Shown here: positions 8,341-18,194 of the stretch, one piece after another
Layout of the letters: the number at the start of each line of letters is the position of its first letter
Numbering within the stretch: position 1 is the stretch's first letter
Source: Acidimicrobiia bacterium
GTDB lineage: Bacteria; Actinomycetota; Acidimicrobiia; Spongiisociales; ZC4RG35
Length of the DNA stretch: 64,000 nucleotides
Assembly (NCBI GenBank): GCA_965214265.1
Contig: CBDCBK010000010.1
Span: 678,230 to 742,229 of the forward strand
Direction of reading: 5' to 3'
The notes under the pieces: generated by a model
What the model was told of the DNA's origin: nothing
The model's database searches: none
The model's input: the letters and a program-made list of their open reading frames with translations, nothing else
Made by a program: the position numbers and the translations under genes

Positions 8341-10149
8341 TCAGTGGGCGGCCATCTCGGGTCTGAAATCCAGCTCATACAAAAGCCCTGATCCGCCCGA
8401 CGCCGAGGCTTCCAGAGATCCGGCTTCGGGGAGGAGTTGCTCGCAGTAGAAGCGGGCAGTGGCGACCTTCTGACCCAGCCAGTCGTCCTTTCCGGCGGCG
8501 GCGCCGATTTGGCCGAGCGCGGCCTGGGCCGATCGGACCATGAGCCATCCGCCCATCACCGTTCCGAACATGGTTAGGTAGGGGTAGGCGCCCGCCAGGG
8601 CGTCCTGATAGGCGCCCTTGGCCAAGAGCGATCCCAGGGCGCGGCTTGATCGAGCGAGAATCTGGACCGACCGGGCCAACTCCTCACCGGCTCTTTGCAA
8701 CTCGTCCACCGAGGAGGCCTCCATGGCGGTGATCCCCACCTGCTCCAGCAGCTCTTTCACCGCTCCGCCCGATCGGATGGGGAGCTTTCTCATCACCAGG
8801 TCGATGGCCTGGATGCCGTTGGTGCCCTCATAGATGGGACTGATACGTGAGTCCCGGAAGAACTGGGCGGCGCCGGTCTCTTCCACAAATCCCATCCCAC
8901 CATGGATCTGGATGCCCAGCGACGCAATCTCCACCCCCAAGTCGCTGCACCAGGCCTTGGCGATGGGGGTCAGGAGCGACACAAGTTCCTCCGAGCGGGT
9001 ACGTTCCTCCTCGGATTCGGCATAGTACGAGCGGTCAACGGTGGCGACACAGTAGAACAACAAAGCTCTCATCGCCTCGATGCGGGCCTTCATCGTGGCC
9101 AGCATCCGGCGAACGTCGGGATGGTTCACGATCAGGGACTGCTCACCCGGCGGGGCGCCCACCGCTCTTCCCTGGCGGCGTTGCCAGGAGAACTCCAACG
9201 CCTTCTGATAGGCGCGCTCGGCGACCGCCAGCCCGCCTTGTCCCACCGCGATCCGGGCGGCGTTCATCATGGTGAACATCCGGGCCATTCCTCCGTGTTC
9301 GGGGCCCACCAGATAGCCGATTGCACCGCCGTTCTCGCCATATGAGAGCATGCAGGTGGGACTTCCGTGAATGCCCAGCTTGTGCTCGAGGGAGACGGTC
9401 CGGATGTCGTTCAGTTCGCCCGGTTTTCCATCCGGGCCCACCAGCCGCTTGGGCACCACGAACAGGGAGATCCCCTTGGTGCCGGGAGGTGCGTCGGGGG
9501 TCCGCGCCAGGACGGTGTGAATGATATTGTCCGACATCTCGTGATCGCCCCAGGTGATGAAGATCTTGGTTCCCGTGATCCGGTAGCTTCCGTCCGGCTG
9601 GGGTACGGCCTTGGTGGTGAGCGCTCCGACATCGGAGCCGGCGTGGGGCTCGGTGAGGTTCATGGTTCCCGACCACTCGCCACTGATCAGCTTCTCCAGA
9701 TAGAGGCCCTTTTGCTCGGGCGAGCCGTGCATGCTCAGCAGGTGGACGGTTCCCGCGGTGAGGGTGGAGCACAGCGAGAAGGCCAGACTTGAGGAGATCA
9801 TCAGCTCATCCACCGCGAAACCCACCACCTGGGGCATGCCTCCTCCGCCCCAGTCAGCGGGCAGGGAGATCCCCTGCCATCCCGCTTCGACTAGCAGCCG
9901 ATAGGCCTCGGCGAATCCGGTGGGGGTCTTTACCGTTCCCTCCGCGGTGAGGACCGATCCTTCGGCGTCGCCCACCGGGTTGAGAGGCGCTACCACCTCG
10001 GAGAAAAAGCGCCCGGCCTCCTCCAGAAGATCGCTTACCGTCCCCGGGTCGGCGTGCTGGAATCCGTTCAGCTTGGACAAGGACTCCAAATCCACGATGT
10101 GTTGCAGCACGAATCCGACATCCCGAAGCGGGGGCTGATAAACACTCAT
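8341..10149 (-). CDS. long-type acyl-CoA dehydrogenase (FadE-like, about 600 aa)
   Basis: ACAD N-terminal, middle and C-terminal domain signatures ('GFAVDELMISSSLAF', 'TEPHAGSDVGALTT', 'IYEGTNGIQAIDLVMRKL'). 602 aa. Confidence 0.8.
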   Translation of the reverse strand: MSVYQPPLRDVGFVLQHIVDLESLSKLNGFQHADPGTVSDLLEEAGRFFSEVVAPLNPVGDAEGSVLTAEGTVKTPTGFAEAYRLLVEAGWQGISLPADWGGGGMPQVVGFAVDELMISSSLAFSLCSTLTAGTVHLLSMHGSPEQKGLYLEKLISGEWSGTMNLTEPHAGSDVGALTTKAVPQPDGSYRITGTKIFITWGDHEMSDNIIHTVLARTPDAPPGTKGISLFVVPKRLVGPDGKPGELNDIRTVSLEHKLGIHGSPTCMLSYGENGGAIGYLVGPEHGGMARMFTMMNAARIAVGQGGLAVAERAYQKALEFSWQRRQGRAVGAPPGEQSLIVNHPDVRRMLATMKARIEAMRALLFYCVATVDRSYYAESEEERTRSEELVSLLTPIAKAWCSDLGVEIASLGIQIHGGMGFVEETGAAQFFRDSRISPIYEGTNGIQAIDLVMRKLPIRSGGAVKELLEQVGITAMEASSVDELQRAGEELARSVQILARSSRALGSLLAKGAYQDALAGAYPYLTMFGTVMGGWLMVRSAQAALGQIGAAAGKDDWLGQKVATARFYCEQLLPEAGSLEASASGGSGLLYELDFRPEMAAH

Positions 10150-10673
10150 ATGCGCTAATAGAGAATATCAAGATGCTGCCTTTAGGGATAAAAGGAACCC
10201 AGAGGATGCCTGGGGAGGGATGGTGGAGAGGGGTCGGCGGCGCGAGTTGTGAAAATCCGGGGCTATTCGCGAAAAAAGGGGCGATGAATCCCCGGAACAC
10301 ACTGGCAGAGTCACTAAACACCTCCGGTCCGTTCCGACGTCGTCCGGACCGCAGAATCCCAGAGGTTATATGCCGCGAAACACCCCTCACCGGGGCTCGG
10401 ATTTTCACGACTTCACAGATGACGGCGGTGGCGGGGAGAGGGCCTGAGGGGTGAAAAGTGGCCAGCCGATTTTCGTGATTTAGGGTTCCCTTTTCGCGAG
10501 TTTGGGGTACCGTTTCGGTGCTCGTTGCATAGGGTTCCCGCTCCCCATTAATAGGGGACAGGGCATTCTTCGAGTGGCGGGACGTACGAGCCGGCCCAAA
10601 CTCCTGTCCGATGAGATCCGGGCGGTCTATTCTTGACAGAGCTACCCCTCTTTCGCGAACTGCCTGCCCATCG

Positions 10674-12728
10674 ATGTCGATGACCACCTTAAATCAAATA
10701 TCACGCTTCTTCAACCGGGAGCTTTCCTGGCTGGACTTCAATAGCAGGGTGATTGCGCTGGCCGAGCAGGAGGAGACGCCGCTTTTGGAGAAAGTGCGGT
10801 TCCTCTCCATCTGGGCCTCCAATCTGGATGACTTCTTCCAGATCAGGGTGGCGGGGCTCAAGGAGCAGGTTGCCCACGGCGTGAGAAGAAGAAGCCCCGA
10901 CGGACGCACCCCTGGCCAACAGCTCTCCGCCATCCGCGCTGAGACCTCCGAGCAGTACCTGCGGGCCTCCAAAATATTCTGCGATCAGCTGGTTCTGGGT
11001 CTGGCCGAGGCAGGCCTAGGCCTCAAATCCTATGCTGAACTGGACGAAAAGGCCGCCACCTATCTTGACAAATACTTCCAGGACACCGTCTTCCCGGTGT
11101 TGACCCCCCTGGCGGTGGATCCCTCTCATCCCTTTCCCCACATCTCCAGTCTCTCTCTCAACCTGGCGGTACATGTGCAGGAGAGCCAAAGCGGGGCGGT
11201 CCGATTCGCCCGGGTCAAGATCCCACCCATCCTCCCCGCCTTCGTGCCCCTGTGGGACAGCGGATGGTTCGTCCCGCTCGACGATCTGATCGCAGCGCAT
11301 CTCGATGAGCTTTTCCCGGGGATGCGGATTTTGGGCTATCACCTCTTCCGTGTCACTCGCAACGCCGACTTCGAACTGGAGGAGGACGCGGGCGGCGATC
11401 TGTTGGCCGCCATCGAGTCGGAGTTGACCCGGAGAAGGTTCGGGCGGGCGGTCCGTCTGGAGGTGGCCGGGACGATGAGCAGTGAGGTGCTGGACATGCT
11501 CACCCGCGAACTGGAGATATCGGAATCCGACGTCTACGTCATGGACGGGGTGTTGAACATGGTCGACATCGGGTTCATGGCCGCTCTGCCCCGACCGGAG
11601 CTGCAATATCGGCCCTGGACATGGGTGCCCCACCCCCGGCTGGCGGGACGCATCAGTGAGAAACTGGACATGTTCGAGGTGATCAGGGAAGGGGACATCC
11701 TGGTGCATCACCCCTATGACTCGTTTGCCTCCTCGGTGGAGGAGTTCATAGTACAGGCGGCTTCGGATCCCAACGTGCTGGCCATCAAGCAGACCCTTTA
11801 TCGCACCGCCAGTGACAGCGTGATCATGAACGCCCTGATGGAAGCCGCCACCCGAGGCAAGCAGGTGGTGGCGCTAGTGGAGTTGAAGGCCCGCTTCGAT
11901 GAGGACCGCAACATCACCTGGGCGCAGAGGCTGGAAGACGTTGGTGTGCACGTCGTCTACGGAGTGGTGGGCCTGAAAACCCATACCAAGGTCGCCCTGG
12001 TGGTCCGGCGGGAAGGGGAAGAGATCCGACGCTACTCCCATATCGGCACCGGCAATTACAACGAGCACACCGCTCGCATCTATGAGGATCTGGGGCTGTT
12101 CACCTGTGATGAGGCGGTGGGCGCCGACCTGAGTTTCCTCTTTAACTATCTGACCGGATACAGCCGTCACCCCGCGTACCGCAAGCTCCTGGTCTCTCCC
12201 ATTTTCACCCGGCCTCGCATCCTCAAGCTCATCGAGTCACAGGCCAACCCGGGGGGCCGCATCACCATGAAGATGAACTCTCTGGTCGATTCGGTGATGA
12301 TCGAGGCTCTTTACGCTGCTTCTGTCGCCGGGGCGAAGATCGATCTGGTGGTCCGGGGCATTTGCACCCTGGTGCCGGGCGTGGAGGGGATGTCGGAGAA
12401 TATCAGGGTGCGATCCCTGGTGGGTAGGTACCTGGAGCACTCGAGGATCTACAGATTCGGTGGTCGGGAGAGTCGGGTCTACTACATGGGGTCGGCCGAT
12501 CTGATGACTCGCAATCTCGACAACCGGGTGGAGGCCATGGTGCCCATCGAGGATCCTGATCTGCAGTTCCGCATCGATGAGGTCTTCGAGGTGCTGATGG
12601 CCGACGACACTCTTGCCTGGGAACTGGAAGCGGACGGGAAATGGACCAAGGTGAAGGAGCGGCAGGGCCTCACCACCCATCTCGAGCTGCAGTACCTCGC
12701 CGAGGCGAGGTCCCAGGCCCGTTTCTGA
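10674..12728 (+). CDS. ppk: polyphosphate kinase 1
   Basis: Collinear with mycobacterial PPK1 ('NRELSWLDFNSRVIALAE', 'FRVTRNADFE', 'HTKVALVVRREG', 'RSLVGRYLEHSRIY'). The start is taken at ATG 10674 inside the longer ORF. Confidence 0.9.
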   Translation: MSMTTLNQISRFFNRELSWLDFNSRVIALAEQEETPLLEKVRFLSIWASNLDDFFQIRVAGLKEQVAHGVRRRSPDGRTPGQQLSAIRAETSEQYLRASKIFCDQLVLGLAEAGLGLKSYAELDEKAATYLDKYFQDTVFPVLTPLAVDPSHPFPHISSLSLNLAVHVQESQSGAVRFARVKIPPILPAFVPLWDSGWFVPLDDLIAAHLDELFPGMRILGYHLFRVTRNADFELEEDAGGDLLAAIESELTRRRFGRAVRLEVAGTMSSEVLDMLTRELEISESDVYVMDGVLNMVDIGFMAALPRPELQYRPWTWVPHPRLAGRISEKLDMFEVIREGDILVHHPYDSFASSVEEFIVQAASDPNVLAIKQTLYRTASDSVIMNALMEAATRGKQVVALVELKARFDEDRNITWAQRLEDVGVHVVYGVVGLKTHTKVALVVRREGEEIRRYSHIGTGNYNEHTARIYEDLGLFTCDEAVGADLSFLFNYLTGYSRHPAYRKLLVSPIFTRPRILKLIESQANPGGRITMKMNSLVDSVMIEALYAASVAGAKIDLVVRGICTLVPGVEGMSENIRVRSLVGRYLEHSRIYRFGGRESRVYYMGSADLMTRNLDNRVEAMVPIEDPDLQFRIDEVFEVLMADDTLAWELEADGKWTKVKERQGLTTHLELQYLAEARSQARF

Positions 12729-12899
12729 GGCCCGGCGGAAGTAACACCAAGAATTTACGTTCCGTTCACAAAAAACCTCGATCTGTGTTCATTTAGCTCT
12801 CTTAGCGTGGGCGCCATGAGATGGACCCGCGCCCGGAGGCTGTTTTTGCCTCTCAGCGGGTCACGAACGTGTCATCGAGTTCAGGAGTCTGGATATCAG

Positions 12900-13940
12900 A
12901 TGAACTTTGCCAACAAACGTCTTTTCCGCTTGGGAGCAGCCCTGGCAGCCTTGCTTTTGGCGGCGGCGGCCTGTGGAGGAGATGATGGCAGCGCGGCGCC
13001 CGTTACCACCGAGGCGTCCGAGCCCGGGGGATTGTCGGGTTCCATTGAGGTGTCGGGTTCTTCGACGGTGGAGCCGATTACGGCTTTGGTGGCGGAGGAG
13101 TTCAATGCTATGAACCCGGGTGTGGGGATTTCGGTTGAGGGTCCGGGGACGGGGGATGGTTTCCAGCGGTTCTGTGCTGGTGAGACCGATATTTCGGATG
13201 CTTCTCGGGCTATCAAGCAAAAGGAGATCGATGCTTGCGCTGAGGCGGGGATCGAGTGGGTTGAGTTGAAGGTCGCCTTTGATGGGATCAGTGTTTTGAC
13301 TTCGCCTGAGAACACGGCGGTCAATTGCTTGGATCCTGGTGATCTGTATGCGTTGGTTGGTCCGGAGTCGGAGGGTTTCTCTTCTTGGTCTGACGCCAAT
13401 GGTTTGGCTGGCGAGTTGGCGGCGGCTGGTTTGGGTGGTTCGGGTGCTCCGTATCCGGATGCCTCGTTGGTGGTTACCGCTCCGGGTGAGGAGTCGGGTA
13501 CTTTCGACGCTTTCGTGGAGTTGGCGTTGGAGGACATCATCGAGGAGCGTGGTCAGGAGGAGCCGACTCGTGCCGATTATCAGGCTTCGGCCAATGACAA
13601 TGTGATTGTGGACAACATCAGTTCCAACCCGACTTCGTTCGGTTGGGTGGGGTTTGCGTTCTTTGCGGAGAACAGTTCGGTGTTGAAGGCGATCGAGGTG
13701 GATGGTGGTGACGGTTGTGTTGCGCCTTCGGTCGAGTCGATCGCGGATGGGTCTTATCTGTTGTCTCGTGCGCTTTATATCTATGTGTCGCTGAACCGGT
13801 TGGCGGAGTACCCGGCTTTGGGTCCGTTCGTGGACTTTTACCTGGGTGAGGGCCTTTCGTCGGTTAGCGAAGCCGGCTATGTGGACCTTCCCGCCGACAT
13901 AATCGCAGACACCCAATCCGCCTGGGGGGCCATTGGGTAA
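12900..13940 (+). CDS. pstS: phosphate ABC transporter substrate-binding lipoprotein PstS
   Basis: Lipobox 'LLAAAACGG' and PstS motifs ('GSSTVEPI', 'GTGDGFQRFCAGETDISDASR'). Sits upstream of pstCAB. Confidence 0.85.
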   Translation: MNFANKRLFRLGAALAALLLAAAACGGDDGSAAPVTTEASEPGGLSGSIEVSGSSTVEPITALVAEEFNAMNPGVGISVEGPGTGDGFQRFCAGETDISDASRAIKQKEIDACAEAGIEWVELKVAFDGISVLTSPENTAVNCLDPGDLYALVGPESEGFSSWSDANGLAGELAAAGLGGSGAPYPDASLVVTAPGEESGTFDAFVELALEDIIEERGQEEPTRADYQASANDNVIVDNISSNPTSFGWVGFAFFAENSSVLKAIEVDGGDGCVAPSVESIADGSYLLSRALYIYVSLNRLAEYPALGPFVDFYLGEGLSSVSEAGYVDLPADIIADTQSAWGAIG

Positions 13941-13985
13941 ACATTTGGAACGAGACTGATCAAGCAAACAGGTAGAAAAAAGGAC

Positions 13986-14927
13986 ATGCTCAGCACTCCG
14001 GGTTCACTGGATCTCTCCGGTGATCCGCGGCGCTTGCGCCGCGAGCGCAACATGCGTTGGGTGTTCATGTCGGCCGCTGTCTTCACGATCCTGGTGAGCA
14101 TCGCCATCGTGTTCAGCCTGGTCGGGGAGGCGGTTGCCTTCCTGCAAAGCATCGCGTCGGAGACCGATGAAGGCCTGGGTTCGCTGATCGCCGACGGGTG
14201 GTTTCCTCGCCGGGACCGCTTCGATCTGCGAACCATCGTCTGGCACACTTTGATGGTGTCGGCCATCGCCATGGTGGTGGCCACTCCGCTGGGCCTGGGT
14301 GCGGCGGTCTACCTGAGCGAATACGCCAAACCGGGGGTGAGGAGGGTCCTGAAGCCCGCCCTGGAGGTCCTGGCAGGGATTCCCAGCGTGGTGCTGGGTT
14401 ACTTCGCGCTGCGTTTCATCACCCCTGACATACTCCGCTCCTTTTGGGACACCACCCAGCAATCCAACCTGATGGCGGCCGGGATCGGAGTGGGGATTTT
14501 GATCATTCCCCTGGTGTCGTCGGTCTCCGAGGACGCCATGGCGGCGGTGCCTCGCGCTCTCCGGGAAGCCTCATACGGACTGGGCGCCAAGAAGTGGCAC
14601 ACCTCGCTGCGGGTGGTCTTCCCGGCGGCCCTGTCGGGAATTGTCGCCGCACTGATCCTGGGGTTGTCGCGGGCGATGGGGGAGACCATGGTGGTGGCCA
14701 TCGCCGCCGGGGCGACCGGAGGGTCGCTCCTGCAGTTCAATCCCCTATACGGCGGCCAGACCATGACGGGCGCCATGGCTTCGCTCGCCATCGGCTCCGA
14801 TCAGGTGGCGGGAGGGGTTGCAGCCTTCCAGAGCCTCTTTTTCGTGGGGTTCCTGCTGTTTTTGATGACCCTGGTTCTCAACATCGGAAGCGAGCGGCTG
14901 GTGCGTCGTTTCCGACAGAAGTACTAG
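13986..14927 (+). CDS. pstC: phosphate ABC transporter permease PstC
   Basis: Multi-TM permease with the 'EAS...G' ABC signature loop. Position matches the pst operon order. Confidence 0.85.
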   Translation: MLSTPGSLDLSGDPRRLRRERNMRWVFMSAAVFTILVSIAIVFSLVGEAVAFLQSIASETDEGLGSLIADGWFPRRDRFDLRTIVWHTLMVSAIAMVVATPLGLGAAVYLSEYAKPGVRRVLKPALEVLAGIPSVVLGYFALRFITPDILRSFWDTTQQSNLMAAGIGVGILIIPLVSSVSEDAMAAVPRALREASYGLGAKKWHTSLRVVFPAALSGIVAALILGLSRAMGETMVVAIAAGATGGSLLQFNPLYGGQTMTGAMASLAIGSDQVAGGVAAFQSLFFVGFLLFLMTLVLNIGSERLVRRFRQKY

Positions 14928-14946
14928 GACTTCGGGAGGAAGACGA

Positions 14947-15909
14947 ATGGCCACGCGCACCATAGGTTCCGGCATCACCCAGGAGATGCTCCGCCGGGCT
15001 CTGGAAGGCCGCAAGGTCAACATCATCAACCCCCTGGTCGCCCTGATGCTATTGATCTCACTTCTGGCATCCCTGGCGATTCTGGTAGTGCTCTTGTGGG
15101 ATGTGGTGGCCAAGTCGCTTCCCGTCTGGGAGGAGCGGGGGTGGTCGGTGATCACCAGCGATCTCTCACCCCGACCCGCCGAAACGGGAATCATCCAGGG
15201 AATCTTCGGGTCGGTGATGCTGACCGCGGTGGTGGTGGTGCTCTCCTTCCCACTGGGAGTGGCGGCCGCCATATATCTGGAGGAATATGCCCGCGACACC
15301 AGGATCACCCGGATCATGGTGGCCAACATCCGCAACCTGGCCGGGGTTCCCTCCATCGTCTACGGACTGTTGGGCTTGAGCGTTTTCGTGAAGCTGATCC
15401 TCGAGGGACTGGTGGGCCAGGTCAGCGGTCGGACGCTGATCGCAGGAGGCCTTACCCTGTCGATGCTGGTGCTGTCGATTATGGTGATCACTACCCAGGA
15501 GGCGCTGCGCGCCGTTCCCCTTGCGATTCGCGAGGCCTCCTTCGGGGTGGGGGCCACCCGTTGGCAGACCATTCGCCACCATGTGCTGCCGGTGGCCAGC
15601 CCGGCCGTCTTCACCGGTTCGGTGCTGACCCTGGCCCGCGCTTTCGGGGAATCGGCGCCGCTGCTCCTGGCCGGTGCGGTGCTCTCCACCTTTTTCGCCG
15701 CTCCCGAGGGGACTCCGATCACCGGACTGGTCTTCGGAGAGAAATACACGGCTTTGCCTATCATCATCTACAACTGGTCACGCCAGCCCCAGCAGGAATA
15801 TGTTGCCTTGACGGCTGCCGCCATCGTGACGTTGCTGGTGGTGCTGCTGGTGGTGAATGCCGGGGCGATAATGGCTCGAGACGCGCTGGAGCGGCGCAAC
15901 AGGATGTGA
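14947..15909 (+). CDS. pstA: phosphate ABC transporter permease PstA
   Basis: Second permease of the pst operon; '[14 protein letters not shown]' loop. Confidence 0.85.
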   Translation: MATRTIGSGITQEMLRRALEGRKVNIINPLVALMLLISLLASLAILVVLLWDVVAKSLPVWEERGWSVITSDLSPRPAETGIIQGIFGSVMLTAVVVVLSFPLGVAAAIYLEEYARDTRITRIMVANIRNLAGVPSIVYGLLGLSVFVKLILEGLVGQVSGRTLIAGGLTLSMLVLSIMVITTQEALRAVPLAIREASFGVGATRWQTIRHHVLPVASPAVFTGSVLTLARAFGESAPLLLAGAVLSTFFAAPEGTPITGLVFGEKYTALPIIIYNWSRQPQQEYVALTAAAIVTLLVVLLVVNAGAIMARDALERRNRM

Positions 15910-15944
15910 AAGTCATCAGGCAATACTTTGGACAAGGAGAAAAC

Positions 15945-16811
15945 ATGTCGACCCTTGTGGAAACGGCGCCCGTTGTGGTAGAGGATGGGGTTTCGCCCGG
16001 CCCTGCGCCGCGTTCTTCCGCCGCGTCCCAAAGCAGGCCCGTTATCTTCGATATCAAGGACTTGAATGTCTATTACCGAGATTTTCATGCGGTGGCGGAC
16101 ACCTCTCTGAACATATATCAGAACGAGATAACCGCTTTGATCGGCCCTTCAGGATGCGGCAAATCCACCGTCCTGCGCTGCCTGAACAGGATGAACGATC
16201 TGATCGACGGAGCGCGCGTGGACGGCGAGGTTCTCTATCACGGGATCGATCTGTACGGAGCATCGGTCGATGCCGTCGAGGTTCGCCGTCGGATAGGGAT
16301 GGTGTTCCAAAAGCCCAATCCCTTTCCCAAGTCAATATACGAGAACGTCGTGTTCGGCCCGAAGGTGGCCGGATGGAAGGGCGACTTCGACGAGTTGGTG
16401 GAAGAGTCCCTGCGACGGGCCGCCCTGTGGGAGGAGGTCAAGGACAAGCTGGGAGACTCGGCCTTTGATCTCAGCGGCGGCCAGCAGCAGAGACTGTGCA
16501 TAGCCCGGGCCATCGCCACCAGCCCGGATGTGGTGCTGATGGACGAGCCGTGCTCGGCGCTCGACCCGATCGCCACCTACCGGATCGAGACTCTCATGAG
16601 GGAGTTGAAAGAGCAGTACACCATCGTGGTGGTCACCCACAACATGCAACAGGCCGCCCGGGTGAGCGACCGCACCGCCTTTTTCTCGGTGAACGTGGGA
16701 GAGAGCGGCCAGCGCACCGGCCGGCTGGTCGAATACGACTCCACCGATCAGGTCTTCACTGCCCCGACTTTGAAGGAGACCGAGGATTACATCACCGGGA
16801 GGTTTGGATGA
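15945..16811 (+). CDS. pstB: phosphate ABC transporter ATP-binding protein PstB
   Basis: '[11 protein letters not shown]', '[14 protein letters not shown]' and '[11 protein letters not shown]'. The true start is ATG 15945; the longer ORF from 15096 is an out-of-frame overlap with pstA. Confidence 0.9.
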   Translation: MSTLVETAPVVVEDGVSPGPAPRSSAASQSRPVIFDIKDLNVYYRDFHAVADTSLNIYQNEITALIGPSGCGKSTVLRCLNRMNDLIDGARVDGEVLYHGIDLYGASVDAVEVRRRIGMVFQKPNPFPKSIYENVVFGPKVAGWKGDFDELVEESLRRAALWEEVKDKLGDSAFDLSGGQQQRLCIARAIATSPDVVLMDEPCSALDPIATYRIETLMRELKEQYTIVVVTHNMQQAARVSDRTAFFSVNVGESGQRTGRLVEYDSTDQVFTAPTLKETEDYITGRFG

Positions 16812-17497
16812 CGACCGACCAGCGCCCTGATTTCCACGCCGCGCTGAACAGCCTCGAGGAGACCACTCTCAGCATGGCTGACCGGGTGGAGAGAATGGTG
16901 TCCATGGCGGTCAAGGCGTTGGTGACATCCGACGATGAGCTGGTCTCGGAGGTGATCGCCTCCGATGAGATCGTCGACGATCTCTACATGGACATCCGGG
17001 GCAGATGGATGCAGATCATGGCTCGCCAGCAGCCCGTGGGAAGAGACCTGCGGATGATGGCCGCCATTCTGGAGCTCAACAACACCTTGGAGCGCATGGG
17101 CGACCAGGCGGAGAACATCGCTCGCATAGTTCGGGCCACCGCCGGGCTGCCCCGTGAGGAGACCATCGTGGCCAAGCTGGCAGAAATGGGCGATTTACTG
17201 AAGCCGATGATCCGCACCGCCATCGACGCCTTCGCGCGCCGGGACGCCGATGAGTGCCTGCTGCTGCCGGCCATGGACGTTCCGGTGGATGTCCTCTACC
17301 GCGGCTTGTGGAAGCATGTGGTGGCATGCGGGCACGACCAGCCGCTTCTGGAATGGGCGACCCGAATGGTTCTGGTGTCGCGGGCCTTGGAGAGAGTCGG
17401 TGACCAGGCGGTCGACATCGGAGAGCAGGTTGCTTTCCTGAAGACCGGCGATCACCAGGAATTCACTCGCATACCCGAAGATGGCTCGGACCACTGA
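16808..17497 (+). CDS. phoU: phosphate signaling complex protein PhoU
   Basis: 230 aa with two PhoU repeats ('VSMAVKAL...DDELV', '[14 protein letters not shown]', '[14 protein letters not shown]'). ATGA overlap with the pstB stop. Confidence 0.85.
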   Translation: MTTDQRPDFHAALNSLEETTLSMADRVERMVSMAVKALVTSDDELVSEVIASDEIVDDLYMDIRGRWMQIMARQQPVGRDLRMMAAILELNNTLERMGDQAENIARIVRATAGLPREETIVAKLAEMGDLLKPMIRTAIDAFARRDADECLLLPAMDVPVDVLYRGLWKHVVACGHDQPLLEWATRMVLVSRALERVGDQAVDIGEQVAFLKTGDHQEFTRIPEDGSDH

Positions 17498-18194
17498 GGT
17501 GGCCTACCGAGTTCTAGTGGTGGAGGATGAGCCCGCCATCTCCGAGTCCATCGCCTATGCGCTGGAGACGGAGGGGATGTCGGTGGAGGCGGCCTACACC
17601 GTCTCCGAGGCGCTTGCCCGGGTGAGGAATCGTCCTCCCTCTTTGGTTTTGTTGGATGTGATGCTCCCCGGCGGCTCGGGCTTGGATGTCTGCCGGGAGA
17701 TCAGGACCTTCTCCGATGTTCCCATCATCGTGCTGAGCGCCCGCGACTCGGAGGCCGACAAGGTGGCCGGTTTGGAACTGGGCGCCGACGACTATGTGAC
17801 CAAGCCGTTTTCCATGAGGGAGCTGATCGCCCGGGTCCGCTCTCACATTCGCCGGGCAGCGCGCTCGGGACTGATGTCGGAAACCAACGAGGTGCTGCGG
17901 GGCGGGCCGGTGGAGTTGGATGTGGACGCCCACGAGGTGAGGATCAAAGGAGAGGTGGTCCCTCTTCGACCCAAGGAATTCGATCTTCTGGAGACGCTGA
18001 TGCGCAGAAAGGACCGGCTGGTTACCCGGGAAACTCTGCTTGGCGAGGTGTGGGGCGCCTCTTTCTACGGAGACACCAGAACGCTGGATGTCCATGTCAA
18101 GCGGCTCCGCCACAAGATCGAGGAGGACTATTCGACGCCCCGCTACCTGGTTACGGTTCGGGGTCTCGGTTACAAGTTCGTCGATGCGCCCTAG
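17481..18194 (+). CDS. OmpR-family response regulator (PhoP/RegX3-like)
   Basis: Receiver domain 'VLVVEDEP...LLDVMLPGGSGLDVC' and winged-helix C-terminus 'RGLGYKFV'. An alternative GTG start at 17499 lies just after the phoU stop. Confidence 0.85.
   Translation: MARTTEVAYRVLVVEDEPAISESIAYALETEGMSVEAAYTVSEALARVRNRPPSLVLLDVMLPGGSGLDVCREIRTFSDVPIIVLSARDSEADKVAGLELGADDYVTKPFSMRELIARVRSHIRRAARSGLMSETNEVLRGGPVELDVDAHEVRIKGEVVPLRPKEFDLLETLMRRKDRLVTRETLLGEVWGASFYGDTRTLDVHVKRLRHKIEEDYSTPRYLVTVRGLGYKFVDAP

Noticed and set aside
12861-13967. 368-aa minus-strand ORF
   Set aside because: It is antisense to pstS (high-GC open frame artefact); the plus strand has unambiguous PstS homology.
15096-15944. 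N-terminal 280-aa extension of the pstB ORF
   Set aside because: It is an out-of-frame overlap with pstA and has an Arg/Gly-rich nonsense composition; PstB homology starts at ATG 15945.
16496-16807. Upstream extension of phoU ORF
   Set aside because: It overlaps the pstB 3' end in another frame; PhoU homology starts at 16808.
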